Source of the DNA: Sulfurospirillaceae bacterium
GTDB lineage: Bacteria; Campylobacterota; Campylobacteria; Campylobacterales; Sulfurospirillaceae
Reading direction: 5' to 3'
NCBI GenBank assembly: GCA_033723415.1
Contig: JAWVXD010000004.1
Span: 1-64,000, forward strand
Length of the DNA: 64,000 nucleotides
Shown here: in pieces, positions 45,139-53,879 of the stretch
How positions within the stretch are numbered: position 1 is the first letter of the stretch
Layout: every line of letters starts with the position of its first letter
Notes under the pieces: generated by a model
The model's database searches: none
What the model saw: the letters and a program-made list of their open reading frames with translations, nothing else
What the model was told of the DNA's origin: nothing
Program-made: the position numbers and the translations under genes

Positions 45139-46215
45139 ATGAATTTACTTGAAACCTTATATGAAATAAATTATAAAAATGATACTTATTATGAACGAAA
45201 AGCAAAAATCATATTTGATAAAACACTGATTTTAGGTCCTAGAAAAAGTGGAAAAACTCATCTTATCGTTGATTACCTGCAAAATTTTAATTCGACTGAT
45301 TTTTTGTATATTGATTTTTTGGACGAGCGTCTAAACGAAGAAGAATTAGACGGGAACAAACTTAGTATTTTTCTTAATGAACACGGTATAAAAATTTTAA
45401 TTCTTGAGAATTTTGATTTTTCTTTTGAATTGCCCAATGTTGACAAAATAATTATTACTTCTGATCTTTGCGATAAAAAACTTGAAAATTTCCATACCTT
45501 ATATCTGCACCCTTTAGATTTTGAGGAATTCATTTTATTTGATAAAAAACATTCAAATATAGAACAACTTTTTAACCAATTTACAAACCAAGGTTCTCTC
45601 CCTGAAATTGCTATGTATCATGAAAATGACCGCTATAAGAAAATGCAAAAAGTATCTAAAGATATATTTCAAAATAGAAATGAGTTTCTGATATTTAAAA
45701 AATTCTGTGAGATGCAAGGCACTAAAATATCTCTATTTCAGCTCTATAATCAACTCAAAACCAAAATGAAAATATCAAAGGATTTTGTTTATAAAACAAG
45801 TTTAGAACTGCAAGAGAAAGAATTGATCTTATTAGTAGAAAAATACCAGCAGAAAAAATCGGCAAAGAAAGTATACTTGTTTGATTTTGCTATCAAAAAT
45901 GGACTTACCTTTAAAAAAGATTTTCTAAAAAGATTTGAAAACATGGTTTTTTCAGAATTATATAAACGAAGAAAAGAAGTCTTCTATACTGATTTTATAG
46001 ACTTTTGGATTCCTTTAGAACAAGAAGGTATCATCTGCGCGCCATTTAGTACGATAATCTCGATCAAAAACAAATCAAATAAGATTCTCTCTCATGTAAA
46101 GGCATTAGAAGGTAAAACGATCTGGATAACAACTCTTGGAAACGAAGGTGAATTTGAACAAGAAGGAATAAAATTTATCTTGATCCCATTTTGGAATTGG
46201 GCGTTGCAAAGTTAA
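45139..46215 (+). CDS. AAA-type ATP-binding protein (AAA_14/DUF4143-like)
   Basis: GPRKSGKT Walker A, LHPLDFEEF, KKVYLFD, FENMVF.EL. Confidence 0.8.
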   Translation: MNLLETLYEINYKNDTYYERKAKIIFDKTLILGPRKSGKTHLIVDYLQNFNSTDFLYIDFLDERLNEEELDGNKLSIFLNEHGIKILILENFDFSFELPNVDKIIITSDLCDKKLENFHTLYLHPLDFEEFILFDKKHSNIEQLFNQFTNQGSLPEIAMYHENDRYKKMQKVSKDIFQNRNEFLIFKKFCEMQGTKISLFQLYNQLKTKMKISKDFVYKTSLELQEKELILLVEKYQQKKSAKKVYLFDFAIKNGLTFKKDFLKRFENMVFSELYKRRKEVFYTDFIDFWIPLEQEGIICAPFSTIISIKNKSNKILSHVKALEGKTIWITTLGNEGEFEQEGIKFILIPFWNWALQS

Positions 46216-46228
46216 ATTTTAGACTGAA

Positions 46229-46263
46229 TTGTTTCTGATTTGTTATCTTAATTGTATAAACTT
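46229..46263 (+). promoter_or_regulatory. Promoter with Pho-box-like 11-bp-period direct repeat
   Basis: GTTTC-N6-GTTAT then TAAACT; same layout as 47104-47138. Confidence 0.55.
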
Positions 46264-46290
46264 CTAACATCAATCATGAGAAGGTTTTAG

Positions 46291-47073
46291 ATGAAATTTA
46301 TACACATAAGCGATACCCACATAATCTCCGGAAATAAAAGCCACTATGCTTCTGATCCTATCTATAAACTAAAAAAAGCGGTGGAAAGCATCAATAAATA
46401 TCAAAGTGGTGCTGATTTTGCAGTTATAACTGGTGATCTGTCTGATAATGGAGCATTAGAATCTTACGAGATATTAAAAAATATCTTAGATAACCTCAGC
46501 ATCCCTTACTATCTCATACTCGGGAACCATGACGATAGAGAAAATTATTTGAAAGTTTTTCCGGACCCATTTGCTACTCAACCATTTACGCATTTTAGTA
46601 AAATAATAGATAATTCTCTACTGCTTTTTTTAGATACTCTTGATGTGAGTTCTCACAGCGGTCATCTTTGTGAAAGTCGTTTTGAATGGTTAGAGAATGA
46701 ACTAGCACAAAACAATCATCTGCCAGCTTATATTTTTATGCATCATCCACCTGTAGTGATACATCATGACATGATGGATAGTATGGGTTTTAACGACAAA
46801 GAAGAATTTTGGAAGACAATTGAGAAGACCCAAAATGTAAAACATATCTTTTTTGGACATGTACATTTGATCATCAATGGTGTATTTAATGGAGTCGGTT
46901 ATTCAAGCACAAGAAGTACAAATCATCAAGTAGCCCTACACTCAAGTGTCAACGAACACTACAATTCACATGAAAGTGCAACGTATGCCATAGTCAGTAT
47001 AGACTCAGAACAGGTCAATTGTATCACACACGAGTATCTAAATGAAGAAAACATTTATCCAAGCAATATGTAA
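46291..47073 (+). CDS. Metallophosphoesterase, GpdQ/Icc-like phosphodiesterase
   Basis: D8-x-H10, TGDL, GNHD, HHPP, GHVH motifs. Confidence 0.88.
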   Translation: MKFIHISDTHIISGNKSHYASDPIYKLKKAVESINKYQSGADFAVITGDLSDNGALESYEILKNILDNLSIPYYLILGNHDDRENYLKVFPDPFATQPFTHFSKIIDNSLLLFLDTLDVSSHSGHLCESRFEWLENELAQNNHLPAYIFMHHPPVVIHHDMMDSMGFNDKEEFWKTIEKTQNVKHIFFGHVHLIINGVFNGVGYSSTRSTNHQVALHSSVNEHYNSHESATYAIVSIDSEQVNCITHEYLNEENIYPSNM

Positions 47074-47103
47074 CAAAACAGTGCTATAAATACGATACTT
47101 TTT

Positions 47104-47138
47104 TTGTAACTAATTTGTTACCTTCTTTATGTAAACTT
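47104..47138 (+). promoter_or_regulatory. Promoter with Pho-box-like 11-bp-period direct repeat
   Basis: GTAAC-N6-GTTAC then TAAACT. Confidence 0.55.
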
Positions 47139-47178
47139 GCGATCGAACAAAAAATTTAAATTTGATAAAGGCTATGTT

Positions 47179-48267
47179 TTGGCACATACAGAAGATGTCA
47201 CTTCTCATATAGATATCATTTCTCTTTCAAAATCTTTTGGCGGGAAACAAGTGATCTCTGATATCAGTTTTACGATCCAAAAAGGAAGTTTTACCGTCTT
47301 ATTAGGTCCTTCAGGGTGTGGGAAATCTACAATTTTACGGATGATAGCAGGACTTGAAGAATCAAACAGCGGCAAGATTTTACTAGATGGTGAAGATATC
47401 ATACATAAAAATCCTTCTCAAAGATCACTGTCAATGGTATTTCAGTCTTATGCCCTCTTTCCGCATCTAAGCATTAGAGAAAACATCATATTTGGATTAA
47501 AAATTAGAAAAGTCAAGAAATATATACGTGAAGAAAAGCTAGCAAAAGCAGCCGAATTAGTTGGTCTGCATGATGTCTTGGACAAGAAACCAGGACAATT
47601 ATCAGGTGGACAAAAACAAAGAGTAGCTCTTGCTAGAGCTTTTGTTGCAGATCACTCACTCTGTCTTATGGATGAACCTCTTTCAAATCTCGACGCAAAA
47701 TTAAGACATGAAATGAGAATAGAGATAAGAGGCTTACAAAAGAGACTTGGCATGACAGTGCTTTACGTCACACATGATCAAACAGAAGCAATGAGCATGG
47801 CTGATCATGTCATTTTGCTCAATAACGGGAAAATAGAACAACAAGGTACTCCTCAAGAGTTATACCAAAAGGTAGCAACGACATTTGTCGGCAAATTCAT
47901 CGGAACACCTCCTATGAATATAATCAAACTCCACAAAACAAAGGGGGTAATATCTATCAACGATAAAGCAATGAAGGTAAATGATTTAAACAGTTTATCC
48001 GATGGAGAATTTTTTCTTGGTATCCGTCCTGAAGATGTGAAAATAAACAAAGATCAAGATGGTGTTGAAGGAGTTGTTTTATTTCAAGATTACCACGGGT
48101 CCGATGCGATTCTTGGCATACAATTGGATAAGAATTCCCACGAACAACCATTTTTGGTACGCATCGAAGGACAAGACGGATACAACGTCGGCGAAAAGAT
48201 AAATGTGGCTTGGGATGAGAACAAAATAAATATTTTTGACTCACATGGCAGAAGAAAAGAGATCTAA
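47179..48267 (+). CDS. CUT1 ABC transporter ATPase (UgpC/MalK-like)
   Basis: GPSGCGKST, LSGGQKQRVA, MDEPLSNLDAKLR, VTHDQ; TTG start at 47179 after AAAGG. Confidence 0.93.
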   Translation: MAHTEDVTSHIDIISLSKSFGGKQVISDISFTIQKGSFTVLLGPSGCGKSTILRMIAGLEESNSGKILLDGEDIIHKNPSQRSLSMVFQSYALFPHLSIRENIIFGLKIRKVKKYIREEKLAKAAELVGLHDVLDKKPGQLSGGQKQRVALARAFVADHSLCLMDEPLSNLDAKLRHEMRIEIRGLQKRLGMTVLYVTHDQTEAMSMADHVILLNNGKIEQQGTPQELYQKVATTFVGKFIGTPPMNIIKLHKTKGVISINDKAMKVNDLNSLSDGEFFLGIRPEDVKINKDQDGVEGVVLFQDYHGSDAILGIQLDKNSHEQPFLVRIEGQDGYNVGEKINVAWDENKINIFDSHGRRKEI

Positions 48268-48303
48268 TCTTTTTTTAATTTTATATATTTAAGGAATATT
48301 AAT

Positions 48304-49575
48304 ATGATACCAAAAATCAAAACAGCACTTCTTGGCTTTTTCGTTTTATTCGGATTTATGAGTCAAGCAGTAGCAGCACAAAAGACAGAGTTAACGATGT
48401 ATTACCCTGTAGCGGTAGGTGGTCCTTTGACTAAAATCATCGACGGTTTTGTTTCGGATTTTGAGAAAAAAAATCCTGACATCACTGTAAATGCAATCTA
48501 TTCGGGTAATTACAATGATGCAAGAATCAAAGCATTGGCAGCCATCAAAGCAGGAAAACCTGCACAACTTGCAGTAATGTTCTCGATCGATGTTTATGAT
48601 CTCATCGAACAAGATGCGATCGTCTCTTTTTCCGATCTTGCTAAAACAAAAGCAGATCAAAAATGGCTTAAATCTTTTTACCCTTCACTAATGGAAAATG
48701 GAACGACCCTTGGCAAAGTTTGGGGTATCCCGTTTCAACGTTCCACGATCGTTATGTATTACAACAAAGACATGTTTCAAAAAGCCGGCTTAAATCCTGA
48801 AAAACCACCGAGAACGTGGAGTGAGTTAGTAAGCATGGGTAAAAAACTGACAACAAAAGACCATTGGGGCGTGATGATACCTTCTACGGGTTATCCTTAC
48901 TGGATGTTTGGCGCGCTTACAAAAGAAAATGGCAGAACGTTGATGGACCAAGACGGTAAAAAAACATTTTTCGATGACAAAAAAGTTATAGAAGCTCTCG
49001 AATACTGGAAAGATCTGTCTACAAAATATCACGTCATGCCAAAGGGCACGATCCAATGGGGAACGCTTAGAAAAAACTTTTTAGAGGGTAAAACTGCGAT
49101 CATGTGGCACTCTACCGGAAATCTAACGACCGTTAAGAAAAATGCACCCTTTAACTTTGGTGTTGCCATGTTGCCTAAAAATGTTATGAGAGGCACTCCT
49201 ACAGGCGGCGGAAACTTTTATATCTTTAAGAAAACAACACCAAAAGAGAGAATCGCGGCTTTAAAGTTTATCAAATTTATGACAAGCCCTGCAGTGTCTG
49301 CTAAGTGGTCTATGGGTACTGGATATATCGGTATATCAAAAGCTGCTTACAATACGGCCGATCTAAAAGCTTATGTCAAAAGTTTTCCGGCAGCCAAAGT
49401 AGCGAGAGATCAACTCAAATATGCAACTGCAGAACTTTCAACATATCAAACAGGAAGAGTCAGAAAGCTACTTGATGATGCGATCCAAGCTGCACTTACA
49501 GGTGCTAAGTCTCCTAAGCAAGCGCTTATGGATGCACAGAGCGAAGCAACAAAATTGCTTAGACCTTATCAGTAA
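48304..49575 (+). CDS. ABC substrate-binding protein (UgpB-like)
   Basis: Signal peptide, YYPVAVGG, IPFQRST.VMYYNKD. Confidence 0.88.
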   Translation: MIPKIKTALLGFFVLFGFMSQAVAAQKTELTMYYPVAVGGPLTKIIDGFVSDFEKKNPDITVNAIYSGNYNDARIKALAAIKAGKPAQLAVMFSIDVYDLIEQDAIVSFSDLAKTKADQKWLKSFYPSLMENGTTLGKVWGIPFQRSTIVMYYNKDMFQKAGLNPEKPPRTWSELVSMGKKLTTKDHWGVMIPSTGYPYWMFGALTKENGRTLMDQDGKKTFFDDKKVIEALEYWKDLSTKYHVMPKGTIQWGTLRKNFLEGKTAIMWHSTGNLTTVKKNAPFNFGVAMLPKNVMRGTPTGGGNFYIFKKTTPKERIAALKFIKFMTSPAVSAKWSMGTGYIGISKAAYNTADLKAYVKSFPAAKVARDQLKYATAELSTYQTGRVRKLLDDAIQAALTGAKSPKQALMDAQSEATKLLRPYQ

Positions 49576-49593
49576 ACGGTTAGATTTAAAAAT

Positions 49594-50457
49594 ATGAAGC
49601 ACTTGTATGGATGGTTGTTATTATTACCTGCTTTTTTATTGTTGAGTATGTTTACTTACTATCCTGCTATTGCAACATTGATAGACTCTTTCTTTACGAA
49701 CAAAACAGTTATCAGGCCCCAAAAATTTGCGGGGCTTGATAATTTTGCGTTTATGCTCAAAGATGAAGTGTTTATTACGACGCTGAAAAACACTTTTTAT
49801 TTTGCTTTAGGAACCGTGCCGGTATCCATCGCTTTGGCGCTTATCATGGCGCTGTTCATAAATCAAAAGATATACGCAAAAGGCATCGTCAGACTAGCCT
49901 ATTTTACGCCGACTATTCTGCCGATGGTGGCAGTAGCAAATATTTGGTTATTTTTTTATGCTCCCCAAATCGGTCTTATCAATAAGGTTCTTGCATTTTT
50001 CGGCTATGGCGGAGTCAATTGGCTTGGAAACTCAAATACGGTTTTAGAGGCGCTGATGGTCATGACCGTTTGGAAAGAGGCCGGCTTTTTCATGATCTTT
50101 TATATAGCGGCATTGCAATCGCTCCCAAAAGAGTTATATGAGGCTGCCAAGATAGAGGGTGCTTCCTCCTGGACCAGCTTTTGGAGGATCACGTTTCCAC
50201 TGCTCATGCCGACGACTTTTTTTGTCATGATCAATGCCGTGCTCAATGCTTTTAAACTGGTAGATCATCTTTTTATACTCACAAAAGGCGGTCCGGACAA
50301 TGCTTCGAACTTGCTTTTGTATTACATCTATGAGACGGCTTTTTCGTTTTTCGACTACTCGTATGCCGCAACGCTTACGGTTGCGCTGCTTACTATATTG
50401 ATACTTTTATCACTGTTTCAATTTTCAGTCATCGAAAAACGCGTCCATTACAAATAA
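49594..50457 (+). CDS. ABC permease (UgpA-like)
   Basis: EAA loop ELYEAAKIEGAS, LTKGGP. Confidence 0.9.
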   Translation: MKHLYGWLLLLPAFLLLSMFTYYPAIATLIDSFFTNKTVIRPQKFAGLDNFAFMLKDEVFITTLKNTFYFALGTVPVSIALALIMALFINQKIYAKGIVRLAYFTPTILPMVAVANIWLFFYAPQIGLINKVLAFFGYGGVNWLGNSNTVLEALMVMTVWKEAGFFMIFYIAALQSLPKELYEAAKIEGASSWTSFWRITFPLLMPTTFFVMINAVLNAFKLVDHLFILTKGGPDNASNLLLYYIYETAFSFFDYSYAATLTVALLTILILLSLFQFSVIEKRVHYK

Positions 50458-50470
50458 GGAAGAGAACTTT

Positions 50471-51268
50471 ATGAAATACTTACAAACACTAGCTACCTGG
50501 GTCTTGGCGATACTATGGTCCCTTCCTCTTCTTTATGCCTTCTGGGCTGCCTTTCATCTTGAGAGCAGTGCGACGCATTTTAGTTTGAGTGCACCCTTGA
50601 CCTTGAACAATTTTAAAATAGCCCTGAGCCAAGCACCTTTTTTTAGATACATGTTCAACACGATGATCATGGTCACAATGATCTTAGGTGTTCAGTTAGT
50701 GTTGTGTACGCTGGCGGCATATGCGTTTGCCAAATTTGATTTTTATGGAAAAAACGTTGCTTTTTTCTTAGTGCTGTTGCAGCTCATGATCGTCCCGGAA
50801 ATCCTCATCATGAAGAACTATCAAACACTCGCAGACCTTGGTTTGACCGACACGATTTTAGGTATCGGTCTGCCTTACATGGCTTCGGCATTTGGTATTT
50901 TTTTACTCAGACAAACATTTAAGACCATACCAAAAGAGTTGGATGATGCCGCAAAAATAGAGGGATGTTCCCAGATGTGCATACTCTGGAGGATTTATAT
51001 TCCTTTATCAAAACCGACTTACCTAGCCTATGCCTTAGTCTCGATCAGCTATCATTGGAATAATTTTTTATGGCCCTTAGTCGTCTCAAACTCACAAACC
51101 GTGAGACCCTTGACCGTAGGACTTGCGATTTTCGCAGCTCCAGAATCCGGTGTTGAGTGGCCTATTCTTTCGGCTGCCACTTTACTCTCCGTAGCCCCGC
51201 TTCTTTTGGCTTTTTTATTGTTTCAAAGGCAGTTTGTCGAATCATTTTTACATACAGGAATCAAATGA
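50471..51268 (+). CDS. ABC permease (UgpE-like)
   Basis: IPKELDDAAKIEG, WNNFLWPL. Confidence 0.9.
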   Translation: MKYLQTLATWVLAILWSLPLLYAFWAAFHLESSATHFSLSAPLTLNNFKIALSQAPFFRYMFNTMIMVTMILGVQLVLCTLAAYAFAKFDFYGKNVAFFLVLLQLMIVPEILIMKNYQTLADLGLTDTILGIGLPYMASAFGIFLLRQTFKTIPKELDDAAKIEGCSQMCILWRIYIPLSKPTYLAYALVSISYHWNNFLWPLVVSNSQTVRPLTVGLAIFAAPESGVEWPILSAATLLSVAPLLLAFLLFQRQFVESFLHTGIK

Positions 51269-52038
51269 AATATCATATATCAAGTAAAATAAAATTTGTA
51301 GTTTTTGACTTAGACGGCGTTTTTTATAGAGATCATGAAGCCTTACACGGCGGAAAAGATATCATAGAATTTTTAGATGCAAATGACATCGGATACTGTT
51401 TTTTGACGAACAATTCTTGTTTTCCACTCCAAACGTATCAAGACAAACTAAAAGTTTGCGGCATCACTATAAATGAAGAGAAAATAATCACAACCACGTC
51501 TCTGCTCACGTCTTATATAACAAGCAGGCAGTTTAAAGATATTTACGTGCTCGGCAGTCCTCATTTAAAAAGTATTTTATATGAAAACTTCACATATAAT
51601 GATGTCCTACCTGATGCTTTAGTAGTCGGGATGCATGACCACATCACGCTAGAAGATATCTCAAAAGCGATCAGTGTGCTTGGAGAAAATAGTGAGATAA
51701 TCGCTGCGAATCCTGATAAACTGATACCAAAAAGCGGCGGTTTCGGGCTAGAGTGCGGTGTTATCCTGGACATCTTACACAGTGCCACGGATAAAAAATC
51801 TTTTGTCGTAGGGAAACCGAACAGATATGCTTTTGATTTTATCTTAGAAAACTTTAACGTCCGAAGAGAAGAAGTATTGATGGTAGGCGACACTTACGAT
51901 ACCGACATCTTAGGCGCGATCAACTCAGATATAAAGGCAGCCTGGGTAAAAACCGGCAATGCCTTGCCAAAAGATATTGATTATGATCAATTTATATCTT
52001 TAGACTCATTGCATGATTTGATAAAAATTTTACTATAA
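51265..52038 (+). CDS. HAD-IIA (NagD-like) phosphatase
   Basis: FDLDGV, LTNN, NPD, VGKP, MVGD.YDTDI; ATG at 51265 overlaps the upstream stop (ATGA). Confidence 0.9.
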   Translation: MKYHISSKIKFVVFDLDGVFYRDHEALHGGKDIIEFLDANDIGYCFLTNNSCFPLQTYQDKLKVCGITINEEKIITTTSLLTSYITSRQFKDIYVLGSPHLKSILYENFTYNDVLPDALVVGMHDHITLEDISKAISVLGENSEIIAANPDKLIPKSGGFGLECGVILDILHSATDKKSFVVGKPNRYAFDFILENFNVRREEVLMVGDTYDTDILGAINSDIKAAWVKTGNALPKDIDYDQFISLDSLHDLIKILL

Positions 52039-52069
52039 TACGCAAATACGAGTTTTGACTGGAGACGTG

Positions 52070-52630
52070 ATGTTATGTGGGATTGATGAAGCCGGCCGAG
52101 GCTGTATAGCCGGACCTTTAGTAGTAGCCGGAGTCGCTTTAGTGAGAGATATTCACGGATTAGCCGATTCAAAAATATTGAGTGAAGTAAAAAGAGATGC
52201 TTTATTTGATATCATCAAAGAATTCGCTGAGTATAAAATAGTATTTTGCGACAACCAAATGATCGATAAAAAAGGACTGAGCTATTGTCTTGGATACGCT
52301 ATAGCAACTATCAAAGATCACTTTATATCACTGGATGAAAACTATGAAATATTGATGGACGGCAACAGTTCTTTTGGAGTCAGAGGGATAGAGACCATGA
52401 TAAAAGCAGATACAAAGGTACCCGAAGTCAGTGCAGCAAGTATTTTGGCAAAAGTCAGCCGCGACCAATATATGTACAGCGTGTGTGAACAATATCCGGA
52501 TTATTCATTTTCAAAACATAAAGGTTACGGCACTGCTTTACATGTCGAAGAAATTAAAAAATATGGCTATTCAGATATACACAGATCAAGTTTTAAGATA
52601 AAAAGCCTCAGAGAACCTAGTCTTTTTTGA
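52070..52630 (+). CDS. rnhB: Ribonuclease HII
   Basis: GIDEAGRG, DSK, AASILAKV.RD, HKGYGT; GGAG SD and TATAAT at 52034-52039. Confidence 0.96.
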   Translation: MLCGIDEAGRGCIAGPLVVAGVALVRDIHGLADSKILSEVKRDALFDIIKEFAEYKIVFCDNQMIDKKGLSYCLGYAIATIKDHFISLDENYEILMDGNSSFGVRGIETMIKADTKVPEVSAASILAKVSRDQYMYSVCEQYPDYSFSKHKGYGTALHVEEIKKYGYSDIHRSSFKIKSLREPSLF

Positions 52631-52880
52631 GCTTACTACTACAGCTTGGGATTTTGCCGCTATCTTTGGCAAAATACTCTCAAAATTCAGCTAAATACTT
52701 TTAAGCTCAAATCTTACCTATCCACTTTCACAAAAGTTTTGCCGCTAAGTTTGAGATTTACCAATCAATAAAGTAAAATTATTTTAAATATTATTTTACT
52801 ATTATGATGATACAAATTTACGCTATTTATAAAAAAGAAATTTTATTTTATGCAAAATGTTGTAACTCTTAAACTTATAT

Positions 52881-52889
52881 TGATATAAT
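52881..52889 (+). promoter_or_regulatory. Extended -10 promoter of the TAXI-TRAP operon
   Basis: TGATATAAT. Confidence 0.6.
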
Positions 52890-52917
52890 TTTTTAAATTT
52901 AAAATAAGGGAGTAGCG

Positions 52918-53871
52918 ATGAAACTATTTAAAATCATTTCATTGGCGGCATTTGTTATATTTGGGTTAAACTTACAGGCAGCCAGTACAAGGATCACTTA
53001 TAAATCAGCAAAATCTTCATCTTCATATTATCAAATGGCTGTACAAGTGGGTGAAAATGTTAACAAAGTTACTAATGGCAACTTAAGCGTTACGATAGAG
53101 GAGAGTCAAGGCTCTGTTCAAAATGTAAAAGAAGCCAGAAAAAGAATGGGTAATTACGTATTTACCACCCCTCCTGTTTTAGTTAAACTAGCACTTGCAA
53201 AAAAAGCAATGTTCAAGAAAGACAATCCAAAAGATTATCAAAAGATCAGGGCTCTGTTCCCGATTCCTTTCTTGACGATGCATTTCGTTGTACGCGCGGA
53301 TTCTCATATAAATACATTTGCTGATCTAGCAGGAAAAAGTATCTTGATAGGAAAAGGAAGCTTTGGAGCCAAAGAAGCTGCAAAATACATAAAATTGTTT
53401 GGGCTTGAGGGCAAAGTGAAACTAATCAGTGCTGAACTCTCAGGTGCTGTTGCAGCTCTGAAAAATGGTCAAATCGACGGTTTTGCAACTGCTGGATCAT
53501 ATCCTGCACCAAACGTAATAGAAGCAGCAGCCAGCACAAAGATCAAAATTCTTAGCATGAGCAAAGCAGAACTCAAGAAAACAAAAAGAGATGAATTGAT
53601 CATACCGGCAGGAACTTATCCCGGCATTGATCATGATATAATCACAACAACCTTGCCTGTTGGAGTATATACAACTACAAATATGAGCGACAAAACAGCA
53701 TATGAACTCACAAAAGCGTTCTGGGAATCAAAGAAAAACCTAGACAAACAGAACATCTGGTGGAAAGCCGTCACGCTTAAAAACCTAAATATGTTTCATG
53801 TAAAGCTTCACAAAGGAGCACTCAAATATTACAATGAAATAAAAGCAAATATACCTGCTAGATTTAAATAA
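52918..53871 (+). CDS. TAXI-family TRAP solute-binding protein
   Basis: Signal peptide, SYY, SQGSVQN, ALKNGQIDG, IPAGTYPG, LHKGA.KYY. Confidence 0.88.
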   Translation: MKLFKIISLAAFVIFGLNLQAASTRITYKSAKSSSSYYQMAVQVGENVNKVTNGNLSVTIEESQGSVQNVKEARKRMGNYVFTTPPVLVKLALAKKAMFKKDNPKDYQKIRALFPIPFLTMHFVVRADSHINTFADLAGKSILIGKGSFGAKEAAKYIKLFGLEGKVKLISAELSGAVAALKNGQIDGFATAGSYPAPNVIEAAASTKIKILSMSKAELKKTKRDELIIPAGTYPGIDHDIITTTLPVGVYTTTNMSDKTAYELTKAFWESKKNLDKQNIWWKAVTLKNLNMFHVKLHKGALKYYNEIKANIPARFK

Positions 53872-53879
53872 CCGTATAA

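Noticed and set aside
51157..51264. Long overlap of the HAD ORF with the permease
   Set aside because: True start is the coupled ATG at 51265, just before HAD motif I
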